Positions 9,612 through 18,696 of a DNA stretch of 64,000 nt are shown piece after piece. Below the pieces are notes generated by a model. That model searched no databases, had not been told where the DNA came from, and worked only from the letters and a program-made list of their open reading frames with translations. Every line of letters begins with the position of its first letter. Position 1 is the first letter of the stretch. The translations under genes were made by a program, and so were the position numbers. Source of the DNA: an uncultured Christensenellaceae bacterium (lineage in GTDB: Bacteria; Bacillota; Clostridia; Christensenellales; Christensenellaceae); assembly GCA_934373295.1 (NCBI GenBank), contig CAKROK010000001.1, positions 19,030 to 83,029 of the forward strand, given 5' to 3'.

Positions 9612-9805
9612 TACGCTATGATTTAATTTTATTATACTATACAATTTCCCCATAAAACAAGCAGTCTTACCTATTTTTTCATTAAAATCTCCGTGAGCGC
9701 GCGTCATATCATGAGTTGTTAATTTTTTGACAATATCGCTCTTTTGAGGTCATGCCGGCATTACCGCTTATCACGCTTTTTCGTAACTTTTTAATACTAT
9801 CGCAT

Positions 9806-9835
9806 TTGTCGTTCGCCATAATAATGTGGTATAAT
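9806..9835 (+). promoter_or_regulatory. Candidate extended -10 promoter for the 698-aa gene
   Basis: TGGTATAAT (TG at 9827-9828, TATAAT at 9830-9835) with a weak -35 TTGTCG at 9806-9811 and an 18-nt spacer. Confidence 0.4.
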
Positions 9836-9894
9836 CCGTTAAAGGCATTTCACACCACATATCTAATGCCATAGTTCAAAAAAAGGAGCTTACT

Positions 9895-11991
9895 TTGACC
9901 ATGAAAATCAAATTCAAACAGCTTATAGCATTGACCGCGGCGTTTATCGTCCTTTTAAGCGTATTTTCCGTCGCATATGCCAAGACAGGCTATGAGAGCA
10001 TCAAGGATTGGGAAAAGCTGCGCGATGAATGCGGCAGTATAACGGCTTACAGGGAAGTTCTCGAAAGCCTCCCGAACGAATATAAGGACTATTTCGGCGA
10101 ATACTCCTTCTGGGTACTCGACCTCGATTCCGACGACATCGACGAGATGATAGTCGCGATGACCTCGCTTGAGGGCAGCGAGCAGCTTCTCGTATACACA
10201 TATAATAACGACGACGGCGCAAAGCTGCTCTTTAAGACCTCGCCGCCCGTCCCCATAAGATACGGCTTTTTCAAGACGGCTAAAGGCGCGCCCATGTATT
10301 CCATAGTGACCTCCACGGGAACGGGCGATATCGAGGAGGGCGAGCTCAGCCTCGCAAAAAATATAAAAAAGCTGCTATATAAAAAGACGAACACATACTC
10401 AATGGCCACGGGCGGCGGCTCTAAGTATAAAAAAAGGATCGAGGTCGATGGCTATTTCGGCGATGAAAAATACCTCGATTGGGGCCCGCTCGAATATAAG
10501 CAAATAGTAAATCACGACTTTAAGCTGGGCGTGGATAACTTCTCATTCGGTCACAACAGAAATCATGAGGTGAGCGCATTCACGGACATCGACTATAGAG
10601 AGGTCACGGACGAGCAATATGAGGACCTGACGAGCGGCAAGGGAGCATCTCATAAGGCGCTCATTGACGAGTATCTAAAGAGCGGCCCGGGCATCTGCTA
10701 CGGCACGAACACACTTATGGACATCGTCAAAAATGGCGACATGGCCGCTTCCGAGCTCGAGCCGGATGCAAAAAGCACGTTTGAGCTAAAAAAGCCCAAC
10801 GAGGATGAAAAGCTATATTGCTCTTTAAACTACCTCCATGCGTTTCAATACGATCCCGAGATAGAGTATGATTATTCGATGGATATCGGCAAGATTTTCC
10901 GTTTCGGTTTTAAGGACGATCTAAAGGCGCTCGTGAAGTCAATATCCCCTAAAAAGCAGCAGACGTTCAACTACCTGATGAGAGATGAGGGCGGACATTC
11001 CATACTCATCATCGGGCTTGACTATTTTAAGTCGCTCGGAGTGTACAGGATAACTCTATATGACCTCAACTCCATCTCGGACGGCACGCGCGAGGGCTAT
11101 TTCAGCTATATGTTCATAAACGACGATTTTTCGGAGTTTGTCCTAAAGGATGAAGGTAAGCTCAAAACCGAAGATGATTTAAGAGGGCTGTTTATTCAGG
11201 ACATGGGTCAGGTCATCAAGCTCGCCGATAAATCCCTCATAATAGGCGGCGGAGACCTCGATGAAGGTGAAAAGCACGATTCGACCGCGGATGACAAAAA
11301 CGACGAAAAGACCGAGAATACCGAGAATAAGGACTCGACGGACAATATCGCAACGGTGAGCTATTGCCCGAACAGCACCGATTTCAAGGTCGTTTCGGAT
11401 GCAGGCACGCTAACGGTTACGGACGGCATACCGACATCTAATGATTTTGAGGTTAAGAGCTATGCATCTCTGCTCTCGGGCGAGGGCATCACAGGTTCCG
11501 GATACATTTGCGCGCAGATACCCGCCGCAGACGGCTATACTATTGAATCATCCGGCGCAGTCGATATAAAGCTCATGACGGACGCCGAATACTACACGCT
11601 TAAAGCGGACAAGCTGACGAACGCCGTGCTGTCTGATGGAAGCATAGATGCAGACGGGCTTAACGGCAGCTTTGAGGCGGGCGCCCTCGCAAAGAGCGGG
11701 CTCGTGAAGCTGTACGGTCAAGCGGAATCCGACATTAAGCTGACGAGGCAGCACGACGATTTGACGTTCTCCTCCACCGCCGCGGCAAACGTAAGCACGG
11801 TGGAATTCTACGGAAACAACACGGTTAAAACTTACACCGATTTGGGCGATAAAAGCGAGCTGAAGCTCTCACAGGATGATATGAACAACACAGGCTTGCC
11901 CGTAATACTGCTTGTCGCCATAATACTTGCCGCCGCAGTCATACTCGCCGTCGTCATCCTGATAATAGTAAAAAAGAGACGCGCAAAATAG
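9895..11991 (+). CDS. Membrane-anchored extracellular protein of unknown function (signal peptide plus C-terminal TM anchor)
   Basis: The N-terminal signal is KQLIALTAAFIVLLSVFSVAYA. The C-terminus is a hydrophobic helix followed by KKRRAK. There is an acidic linker DSTADDKNDEKTENTENKDSTDN. GGAG lies 6 nt before TTG 9895, and ATG 9901 is an alternative start. Confidence 0.8.
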   Translation: MTMKIKFKQLIALTAAFIVLLSVFSVAYAKTGYESIKDWEKLRDECGSITAYREVLESLPNEYKDYFGEYSFWVLDLDSDDIDEMIVAMTSLEGSEQLLVYTYNNDDGAKLLFKTSPPVPIRYGFFKTAKGAPMYSIVTSTGTGDIEEGELSLAKNIKKLLYKKTNTYSMATGGGSKYKKRIEVDGYFGDEKYLDWGPLEYKQIVNHDFKLGVDNFSFGHNRNHEVSAFTDIDYREVTDEQYEDLTSGKGASHKALIDEYLKSGPGICYGTNTLMDIVKNGDMAASELEPDAKSTFELKKPNEDEKLYCSLNYLHAFQYDPEIEYDYSMDIGKIFRFGFKDDLKALVKSISPKKQQTFNYLMRDEGGHSILIIGLDYFKSLGVYRITLYDLNSISDGTREGYFSYMFINDDFSEFVLKDEGKLKTEDDLRGLFIQDMGQVIKLADKSLIIGGGDLDEGEKHDSTADDKNDEKTENTENKDSTDNIATVSYCPNSTDFKVVSDAGTLTVTDGIPTSNDFEVKSYASLLSGEGITGSGYICAQIPAADGYTIESSGAVDIKLMTDAEYYTLKADKLTNAVLSDGSIDADGLNGSFEAGALAKSGLVKLYGQAESDIKLTRQHDDLTFSSTAAANVSTVEFYGNNTVKTYTDLGDKSELKLSQDDMNNTGLPVILLVAIILAAAVILAVVILIIVKKRRAK

Positions 11992-12014
11992 CCGCGCAAA
12001 AAACTGACTAATGT

Positions 12015-12052
12015 AAAAAATCCTCCGTCGTAATTGACAGAGGATTTTTTCG
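12015..12052 (+). terminator. Intrinsic terminator of the 698-aa gene
   Basis: AAAAAATCCTC-loop-GAGGATTTTTT lies 24 nt after the stop. Confidence 0.7.
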
Positions 12053-12208
12053 TTTTTGTAGTAATAGTTTTAGCCTTTTGCCCCCATGTTCATCCACGAA
12101 AGAGGGGGAAAACACACCATATTTACTTATTTTTAAGTAGTAACGGCTTTTGCCTTTTACCACCGTGTTCACTCCCCCGCAAGGGGGAGTGAATCACATC
12201 ATTCTTAC
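12053..12208 (-). repeat. Two decayed tandem copies of the 3' end of the adjacent glycosidase gene, each followed by a hairpin
   Basis: Units at about 12053-12126 and 12127-12208 both resemble 12209-12255. Compare GTAGTAACGGCTTTTGCCTTTTACCACCGTGTTCAC with GTTGTTACTGCTTTCGCCTTAGACCATGCGGAGTAAAC. Each unit ends with TTA plus a GTAA(G/A)AATGATGTG-like spacer. Confidence 0.6.
12170..12191. other. Perfect 9-bp GC-rich hairpin with a GCAA tetraloop and no U-tract
   Basis: CACTCCCCC GCAA GGGGGAGTG lies 18 nt downstream of the GH36-like gene stop. Confidence 0.6.
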
Positions 12209-12721
12209 TTATTTTTTCGTTGTTACTGCTTTCGCCTTAGACCATGCGGAGTAAACGTTATAGTTCTTTCCGCTTATCTTGGTGGTCTTGTAGCTTCTAA
12301 CTCTTACATAGTACTTCGTAGAAGCCTTGAGCTTGGTTACCGTCTTAGAGGTAGTCGTGTACTTGCTTATCGTCGCAGTCTTGGTCGTCTTTGCCGTGAA
12401 TTTCGAAGATGTCGAGTACTGTACCTGATAACCGGTCACGTAGCTCTGCTTTTTCCACGTCGCCTTGAAGCCCTTGGAGAGCGCCGTCAGCTTGGATACC
12501 GTCATCTGCTTGCCGCGGATAGCGAACGTGAGCGTCTTTGAGCCGGTGTAGCTGCCCTTCATGGTGACCTTTACGGTGTACGTGCCGGGGAGCTTTCTGC
12601 CGGAAGCGTAGGTCACGGTGTAGTTGGAAGAAGCTATCTTCTTTCCGTTTGCATCCGTCACCGTAACAGCGGGCTTCTTGACCTTGCCGTCATAGGTATA
12701 CAGCGTCGCCGCTAACTTGAC
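12209..12721 (-). repeat. 513-nt direct repeat, copy 2
   Basis: See copy 1 at 3163-3675. Same orientation, about 9 kb apart. Confidence 0.9.
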
Positions 12722-15700
12722 CTTGAGCTTGCTTATATTCACCTTGGGTCTGACCGTTGCAGTAAACTGCTTTATCGCGCCTATCGAGCCGTTGTCCTTG
12801 GATATCGCCACTACTACGATAGTTCCCACGCTGTTCGCCTTTAACGCGCCGTCTATTATCGCCGCGTCGCCCGACATCACGAACGCCTCATATGCCTTGT
12901 TCGTGGCATTTTCGGGATATACGCCCACATCCAGCTTAACCGCCTCGCCAACGTATATATTGGGCGAATTGAGTATCTTCATGGATTCGACGCCTATGTT
13001 CTCGATAGTAACGGTTATCTCGTCAAAGACGTTTTCGTTCGCGTCGCTCGCCGCCCTGACGGTCACCTTGCCCGCCTTGACCGCCGTGAGCAGTCCGTTT
13101 TCGTCTATCGTCGCCTCGCCCGTCACGGGTGTGACAGACCAAACTATCTTCTGGCTCGCCTCCTCGGGGAGGATGGCCGCCGTGTACTGCGCAGTCTGCC
13201 CTATTTTAACGGTATCGGGGCCTTCGAGAACGACCGCCGCCGCTTCATAGTCCTTTAAGTACATAAATGCGTCAACTACGATCAGCGTACCCGTCGAAAG
13301 CGAGTTCTTGGTGTTTGTCGGGACGATCTTGATAGTGTGCTTGCCCGGGTCAAGCATTGCGCTTTCGAACACTACCTGCTGTTTGAGCAAGGAGGATGAA
13401 TACCAATCCGCCGTCGTTATCTTTTGCCCATCGATAAAGATATCCGCCATGCCAAGGTCGACGTTCGTAGCGCTTATCACCCTTACCATCGTGCCTTCAA
13501 AGGTAAATTCGGCATATTCCCTTATTATCGTCTCGTCGCCGTTGATATATCCGCCGCCGCCCGAGCCTGCGCCGCTGCCTGCGCCGTATTTTATGCTCTC
13601 GTCCGTGTCGTTTACGCAAATGAACGCGTCGTCGCTGACCTTTTCTGTGACCGTCACCTCGACGCTGCCCTCAATGCCGCTGCCGTCCGTCGCCCTGGCC
13701 GTTATAGTGACCTTTCCGGGCTTATGCGAGGTGATGTATCCCTGCGCATTTACGGACGCGATGCGGTTATCAGAGCTTAGCCAGATAACGTCGCAGTTTG
13801 ATGCGTTTATAGGCGTTATATCTGCTAAAAGCTTCGCGGTCTCCGCTAACTTCATGTTGACTGTTCCGCGAATTTCTATCTTTTCGACGCCTACGCCCTG
13901 CGTCTTTTCCTTTAACCAGACTATCTCGGAATCGTATTCCTTATCCATGCGGACGAGTATGCCGTCCTTCATGAGCTTTTCGCCCGTCGCGGTCACGTTT
14001 AAGTCGGTGTTGTCCTCAAAGGTCACCTCATATGTCGCGCCTGCCTTGAGGCCGTCGGGATATATCACCTTTTCCGTCTCGCTCTTTTTACCGGGGCGGA
14101 ACAGGACTATAGAGCCCATGCCTATCTTTTCATTATAATATTCAAGACCATCCCAGTTGACTCCATCGGGAGAGGGCAGTATGTGGTAAACGTCGCAGTT
14201 TCTTAAAATCTGCCTCTGCTTCGCGTTATATATCGCGTATGTCTCCTTGGCTACCTCTATCTGATGATCGGTAAAGCCGGAAAGCGTCGTCGACGGGCAA
14301 ACCATCATCGCGCCCATCAAACCCGTTCTTAAAGAATAATAATCCCATGCGTTCTGATCCGAATATGTTCCTTCAAGCGGCGGCCAGTCAATGGAATTAT
14401 CCACCTTTAATTGAACGGGGTTGATCATATAAGAATCCGCATATGCAACATTCCTGTGAGCAAGCGCCCTGCCGCTATCCTCCGTCGTCATGAACGTCAT
14501 GCGTTCAAGCGAGGTGAAGTCCTTTAACGCGCCGCCGCCCGAACAGTGCTCATAACGGAAGTTTGGCAGCTCGCTGTCGTTTATGAGCTGATCTAACACC
14601 CACATGAAGCCTTCATGAGAGGCGTAGTTGTTCGTTGCATCCGGCCCTTCAAGGTTGAAATCGCTTCTATAATAGTCGATATTCCACTCCTTGAGCCTGT
14701 ATTTGAGTGCTCCAAGGTTCTTACTCCTGCCGTTCCAATCCGCAATAGATGTATCCTCATATGTCTGGCACATATATAGCGTCATCTTCATACCGTATGA
14801 ATGTGCGAGATCACCCAAAATCATACCATTGGGCCATTTCGTGGGGTAAGGATTCCATTTTGACTGAAGCTCGGGTACAAAGCTGCCATCTGAGGGCGGG
14901 CTGTTAGGTACAGTCCACCAGTAATCCTGCTTTAAGAGTTGAACTCCCCAACTCGCGACATCATGCTCGGAGAGATAAGTCGTCCACTCCTCCTCGGAGT
15001 TAAATGGAAGGTGCAGCTCGACGAGCGGTTCATTCTCGTTTTCGCGCATTGTCTTTGTCATTCTGTGATTCCAATACCAGCTCTTCATCCTATTAGAGCC
15101 GTTATCTATCGAACCTTTGTACGCGCCGAAGAACATTCCGGGGATGACGAGATTATCGTCCGCATCCGCAACGCCGTCGCCGTCCTTATCGCCTGCATCT
15201 AACTTTCTCGTGACATTGCCACTGCTGCCCAGCGTCGCCTTGACCCTTATTTTGAGCGGGTCATCCTGCGTTTCGACAGTCATGTCGCCAAAGCTCCAAT
15301 AATAGCCGTAGTATAATCCCTGGCCGCTGCTCGTCTGCAAGAGCTGGAAGGGCAGCCTGTGATTTCCGTTCCATACGGACACGTTAGTCACGTTTGAGCT
15401 ATGCTCAAAGCCGCTGTCTATGACCTCCTCATACACCTTGCTCGTCATGTCAGACCCTGTATAGCTGCGCTTTTCAAAGTACGTGAGCGTGGTCTGGGAG
15501 TCCGCCGTGAGCACTATGTCACCCGATACTATGTCCGCATATTTGAACGTGAGCGTTTCACCCGATTTGTTCTCGATCTCCGCCCAATACTGTATGGGGC
15601 CGTTTTCGCCGGGATAAGCCTGCCAATATGCGGTCAGCTCCATCGCGGGGTCGGCGTTCGTGAACTTTATCTTTAACAGCTTGCCGTCCTTTTCGTCTAT

Positions 15701-17728
15701 CTCTTTTCCAGCATATTTCCAATCCGTTGCCTTGCCGTTGACGGCGCCCACTAAGGGCATCTCCTGCGCCTCGGCGGGGGTTATCCACTTATGACCGGTA
15801 TCAAGAGCTGTAAGCTCCTCAATATACTGTTTATCACCATCAATCGCAATGGTCATAGACGTATCGGCAGATGAAAGAACCGTGCGCTCGGCGTTTTCGG
15901 AGAGAACCGTTCCGTCCTGCTCATAGTAGTTGGACGCCTTGTCGAGATACAGCCCGTCGAATATCGCCGCGCCGCCCGTCGTGTTCAGCTTTATAGAAGT
16001 GGATCTCGCGCTGCCGCTGTTAAATACGGTGGAAACGCGCTCCCATTCGCCCTGTTTTGTCGTATTTATTTTAACGTCGCCGTCTAACGCGGATATCTGC
16101 GCCGTCGCTCCGGAAAGCGCCTTGACCCATCCCGTCAGAATGTAATCCGTGTTTGCGGCTATGGCAACGTTATCGGAGGTCGCCGCCGCGGCGTCATCCG
16201 AAAGAAGCAGAGCCTTTTTGCCAACATATGCGTCGTCCGTTATGCTCGCGCCGTTTTCTATCTTCCAGTTTTCAGCGTGATATGATGTATAATAGCCCTC
16301 AAAGGTTCCGTTTTTGACGAGATTATCGCCGTTCGTGGTGATAGCCGCCTGGCGCAGAGATACCTCGTCAATGTACGCCGTGTTTACCGTTCCGTCCGTT
16401 TCGGGATGCACCACCGCCCTGACGGTTATCTCTGTATGACTTCCACTGTACCAGAAACCGGACATCAATATCCAATAATCGTCTTTGTAGCCGTCGTGAT
16501 TATATGTCGTGCTTTCGAGCTGGACCTCGCCTTCAGCGTCGTTCATGTCGATATACGCCGTCGCCGTCTTGGGCGCACCTGTGAGGTAGACCCATGCGGA
16601 GAATACATACTGTGTATTTGGCGTGACCGCGATGGGCTTTCCACCGTTAGCCACGGCTATCGCATCGCCCGCAGTTCCCGCGCTCATTGCTGATTTAAAC
16701 GAGTATTTGTCGCTCTTTCCCTTGTTCGTCGCTATCGCCGCATTTTCGTTAAGCTCCCACTGGCCGAGCGAGAAATCCGGGTCGGGAATGAGATTTTCCT
16801 GAACGTCCGCCTTTACGAGCGAGACGTTATCCACCATCGCCTTGCTGCCGTCGTTTATAGAGGATGTGGCGTTGTCCCAGTTGCCCTCGGTGACTATTCT
16901 GACAGTCGTAGACGTGTTCGAGCCGGAGTACCATAAGCCCGCGAGGTGTTCCCACTCTTTTACCTTGTGTCCCCTCAATCTCATGTTTTCCGCCGTGGGG
17001 TACATGTCGATATAAGTCCACTTGCCGTTGCCGTAGCGATATATGTCAGCAGAATATATGTACCACGTGTTCTTTTCAACGGATACACTCTGGTTGATTA
17101 TCGCCGCATTGAGCGCCATTCCCTCGCCGCCGATAGCCGTCGCGTCCGATGTCGTGCCGCCGCTCCAGCCCGTCGTGCCGTTTTCAAAATCGCCGTTCTT
17201 TACAAGCTCTATCGCGGTGTCATACACTTCACAGATATTGACCTCGTCAAAAAGGACGTCTCCCTTTGCGGTCAATGTGATGGACGTTTTCTCGAGGTCG
17301 CCGGAGGAAAATTCCTTTGAATAATACACCCACGCTCCCGCGCCGTCCGCTTCTATAACGATATCCGTCCCGTCGAGCGCGATCTTTGCGACATCCGCCT
17401 GCGCGCTTTTCTTTATCCACGCGGAGACGATGTAGTTCTTCTTTTTCGCGAGCGCAATGTCGTCCGTCTTTGCTGTTCCCTCTGCGCCGCCCACGTATTT
17501 CAAGGCGTTTACGCCCTCTTTAACGTCGTCCGTTACGACCGTAAAGCCCTCGCCGAGCTGCCATCCGTCAAGGGATTTTGACGGCTCATGCGAGTCCTCA
17601 AAGGAACCGTTTTGCAGCAAGTTCTTCTGTCCGCCGGCCGCAAAGACCGCCGCTTCGCCCGATATCATAGCGGATATCACGAGAGCAAATGTCAAAAGAA
17701 ATGCAATTATACGTCTGTTTCTTTTCAT
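12209..17728 (-). CDS. Giant secreted multi-modular glycoside hydrolase, GH36-like (clan GH-D) catalytic region (about 1839 aa)
   Basis: It has a signal peptide MKRNRRIIAFLLTFALVISAMISGEAAVFA. Four CBM_4_9-like modules follow (NLLQNGSFED, LVKNGDFENGTTGW, NLVKNGTFEG). The core carries IDYYRSDFN, EHCSGGGALKD and TTEDSG, resembling the GH36 KWDMN, CSGGGGR and SDNTD motifs. It also has Big_2-like domains, one beta-sandwich module of the GH2-gene type, and the shared C-terminal module. I moved the start to ATG 17728, which has AAGGAG 6 nt upstream. Confidence 0.8.
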   Translation of the reverse strand: MKRNRRIIAFLLTFALVISAMISGEAAVFAAGGQKNLLQNGSFEDSHEPSKSLDGWQLGEGFTVVTDDVKEGVNALKYVGGAEGTAKTDDIALAKKKNYIVSAWIKKSAQADVAKIALDGTDIVIEADGAGAWVYYSKEFSSGDLEKTSITLTAKGDVLFDEVNICEVYDTAIELVKNGDFENGTTGWSGGTTSDATAIGGEGMALNAAIINQSVSVEKNTWYIYSADIYRYGNGKWTYIDMYPTAENMRLRGHKVKEWEHLAGLWYSGSNTSTTVRIVTEGNWDNATSSINDGSKAMVDNVSLVKADVQENLIPDPDFSLGQWELNENAAIATNKGKSDKYSFKSAMSAGTAGDAIAVANGGKPIAVTPNTQYVFSAWVYLTGAPKTATAYIDMNDAEGEVQLESTTYNHDGYKDDYWILMSGFWYSGSHTEITVRAVVHPETDGTVNTAYIDEVSLRQAAITTNGDNLVKNGTFEGYYTSYHAENWKIENGASITDDAYVGKKALLLSDDAAAATSDNVAIAANTDYILTGWVKALSGATAQISALDGDVKINTTKQGEWERVSTVFNSGSARSTSIKLNTTGGAAIFDGLYLDKASNYYEQDGTVLSENAERTVLSSADTSMTIAIDGDKQYIEELTALDTGHKWITPAEAQEMPLVGAVNGKATDWKYAGKEIDEKDGKLLKIKFTNADPAMELTAYWQAYPGENGPIQYWAEIENKSGETLTFKYADIVSGDIVLTADSQTTLTYFEKRSYTGSDMTSKVYEEVIDSGFEHSSNVTNVSVWNGNHRLPFQLLQTSSGQGLYYGYYWSFGDMTVETQDDPLKIRVKATLGSSGNVTRKLDAGDKDGDGVADADDNLVIPGMFFGAYKGSIDNGSNRMKSWYWNHRMTKTMRENENEPLVELHLPFNSEEEWTTYLSEHDVASWGVQLLKQDYWWTVPNSPPSDGSFVPELQSKWNPYPTKWPNGMILGDLAHSYGMKMTLYMCQTYEDTSIADWNGRSKNLGALKYRLKEWNIDYYRSDFNLEGPDATNNYASHEGFMWVLDQLINDSELPNFRYEHCSGGGALKDFTSLERMTFMTTEDSGRALAHRNVAYADSYMINPVQLKVDNSIDWPPLEGTYSDQNAWDYYSLRTGLMGAMMVCPSTTLSGFTDHQIEVAKETYAIYNAKQRQILRNCDVYHILPSPDGVNWDGLEYYNEKIGMGSIVLFRPGKKSETEKVIYPDGLKAGATYEVTFEDNTDLNVTATGEKLMKDGILVRMDKEYDSEIVWLKEKTQGVGVEKIEIRGTVNMKLAETAKLLADITPINASNCDVIWLSSDNRIASVNAQGYITSHKPGKVTITARATDGSGIEGSVEVTVTEKVSDDAFICVNDTDESIKYGAGSGAGSGGGGYINGDETIIREYAEFTFEGTMVRVISATNVDLGMADIFIDGQKITTADWYSSSLLKQQVVFESAMLDPGKHTIKIVPTNTKNSLSTGTLIVVDAFMYLKDYEAAAVVLEGPDTVKIGQTAQYTAAILPEEASQKIVWSVTPVTGEATIDENGLLTAVKAGKVTVRAASDANENVFDEITVTIENIGVESMKILNSPNIYVGEAVKLDVGVYPENATNKAYEAFVMSGDAAIIDGALKANSVGTIVVVAISKDNGSIGAIKQFTATVRPKVNISKLKVKLAATLYTYDGKVKKPAVTVTDANGKKIASSNYTVTYASGRKLPGTYTVKVTMKGSYTGSKTLTFAIRGKQMTVSKLTALSKGFKATWKKQSYVTGYQVQYSTSSKFTAKTTKTATISKYTTTSKTVTKLKASTKYYVRVRSYKTTKISGKNYNVYSAWSKAKAVTTKK

Positions 17729-17970
17729 CTTTTTCTCCTTTACATGTTTTTCATTATCCATTGGACAATATAAATTTCGAGTAATCGATTACATTTTAAC
17801 TTGACATTCAGAACGGCACTATAAAATGTCTAAAAACCCCGTTAAACATCAATGTTTCACAGCATTAAGTGAAATGTTATCGAATACATGTATTTATTCT
17901 ATTATATTCAATAGGAGAAGTAAAATCAACAACTATTTTAAAAAAATATTATGTCATTTATCGTTTGATG

Positions 17971-17997
17971 TAAAAAACCGCCCTTTTTCGAGCGGTT
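17971..17997 (-). terminator. Intrinsic terminator after the metallophosphoesterase gene
   Basis: The minus strand reads AACCGC-TCGAAAAAGG-GCGGTT followed by TTTTTT. Confidence 0.7.
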
Positions 17998-18003
17998 CAA
18001 GTA

Positions 18004-18696
18004 TTATAAAATTTTTCTCAGCTTAAAATCGAGATAATCACAGGACGTGAGCATATAGCACGCGCCGTCTATTATCGCGTCGCAGTAGTCTAAATGCTTA
18101 AACGCTTCGCCGTGGATATGCCCGTAAACGACCGTCTTAACGCCGTATTCCTTAAAAAGCGCGGTGAATTCGCTCGGCTTTTTGTTCGCGGCATAGGGCG
18201 GATAGTGCATCATGCCGATTATGGGCTTCTGCGCCTTTTTCGCCGCGTCGAGCGACATCTTGAGCCGTTCGAGCTCGCGGCGGAATATCTTTTCATCCTG
18301 CTCGTTAAAGCCCTTTTCCTCCCTGCCTATCCATCCGCGCGTCCCCGCTATGCAGAAATCCTTACCAATATAGCAGTCATTTTGAAGGAAAAACGCGCCG
18401 CCCCACAGCATCGCGCGCGTCTTGGTGAGCGAGTTATGCCAATAATCGTGGTTGCCCTTTATCAATACCTTTTTACCGGGCATGGCGCATATCAGGTCGA
18501 TGTCCGGCTTCGCGTCCGTCTCGTTCATCGCCCAGCTTATGTCCCCCGCGATAAGTACGGTGTCATCCTCCGTGACCTTTTCGTTCCAATCAGCCGCGAT
18601 CCTCTCCCAGTGATTTTGCCAGTTGTTCCCAAAAATGTCCATCGGCTTGGGGTTTACTGTCGAAAGATGCGTGTCGGATATGGCAAATACGCTCAT
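18004..18696 (-). CDS. Metallophosphoesterase (calcineurin-like)
   Basis: The motifs appear in order: SDTHL, AGDISW, KGNHDYW, MHYPP, YGHIHG. Confidence 0.85.
   Translation of the reverse strand: MSVFAISDTHLSTVNPKPMDIFGNNWQNHWERIAADWNEKVTEDDTVLIAGDISWAMNETDAKPDIDLICAMPGKKVLIKGNHDYWHNSLTKTRAMLWGGAFFLQNDCYIGKDFCIAGTRGWIGREEKGFNEQDEKIFRRELERLKMSLDAAKKAQKPIIGMMHYPPYAANKKPSEFTALFKEYGVKTVVYGHIHGEAFKHLDYCDAIIDGACYMLTSCDYLDFKLRKIL

Noticed and set aside
12170-12191. I considered the GC hairpin downstream of the GH36-like gene as a standard rho-independent terminator.
   Set aside because: There is no U-tract on either strand. It is kept as an unexplained structural element instead (see findings).
17826-18026. 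A 66-aa plus-strand ORF in the AT-rich gap upstream of the GH36-like gene. Also small ORFs at 3008-3208 and 38230-38487.
   Set aside because: They have no RBS, overlap terminators or neighbouring gene ends, and their composition is typical of AT-rich intergenic sequence.
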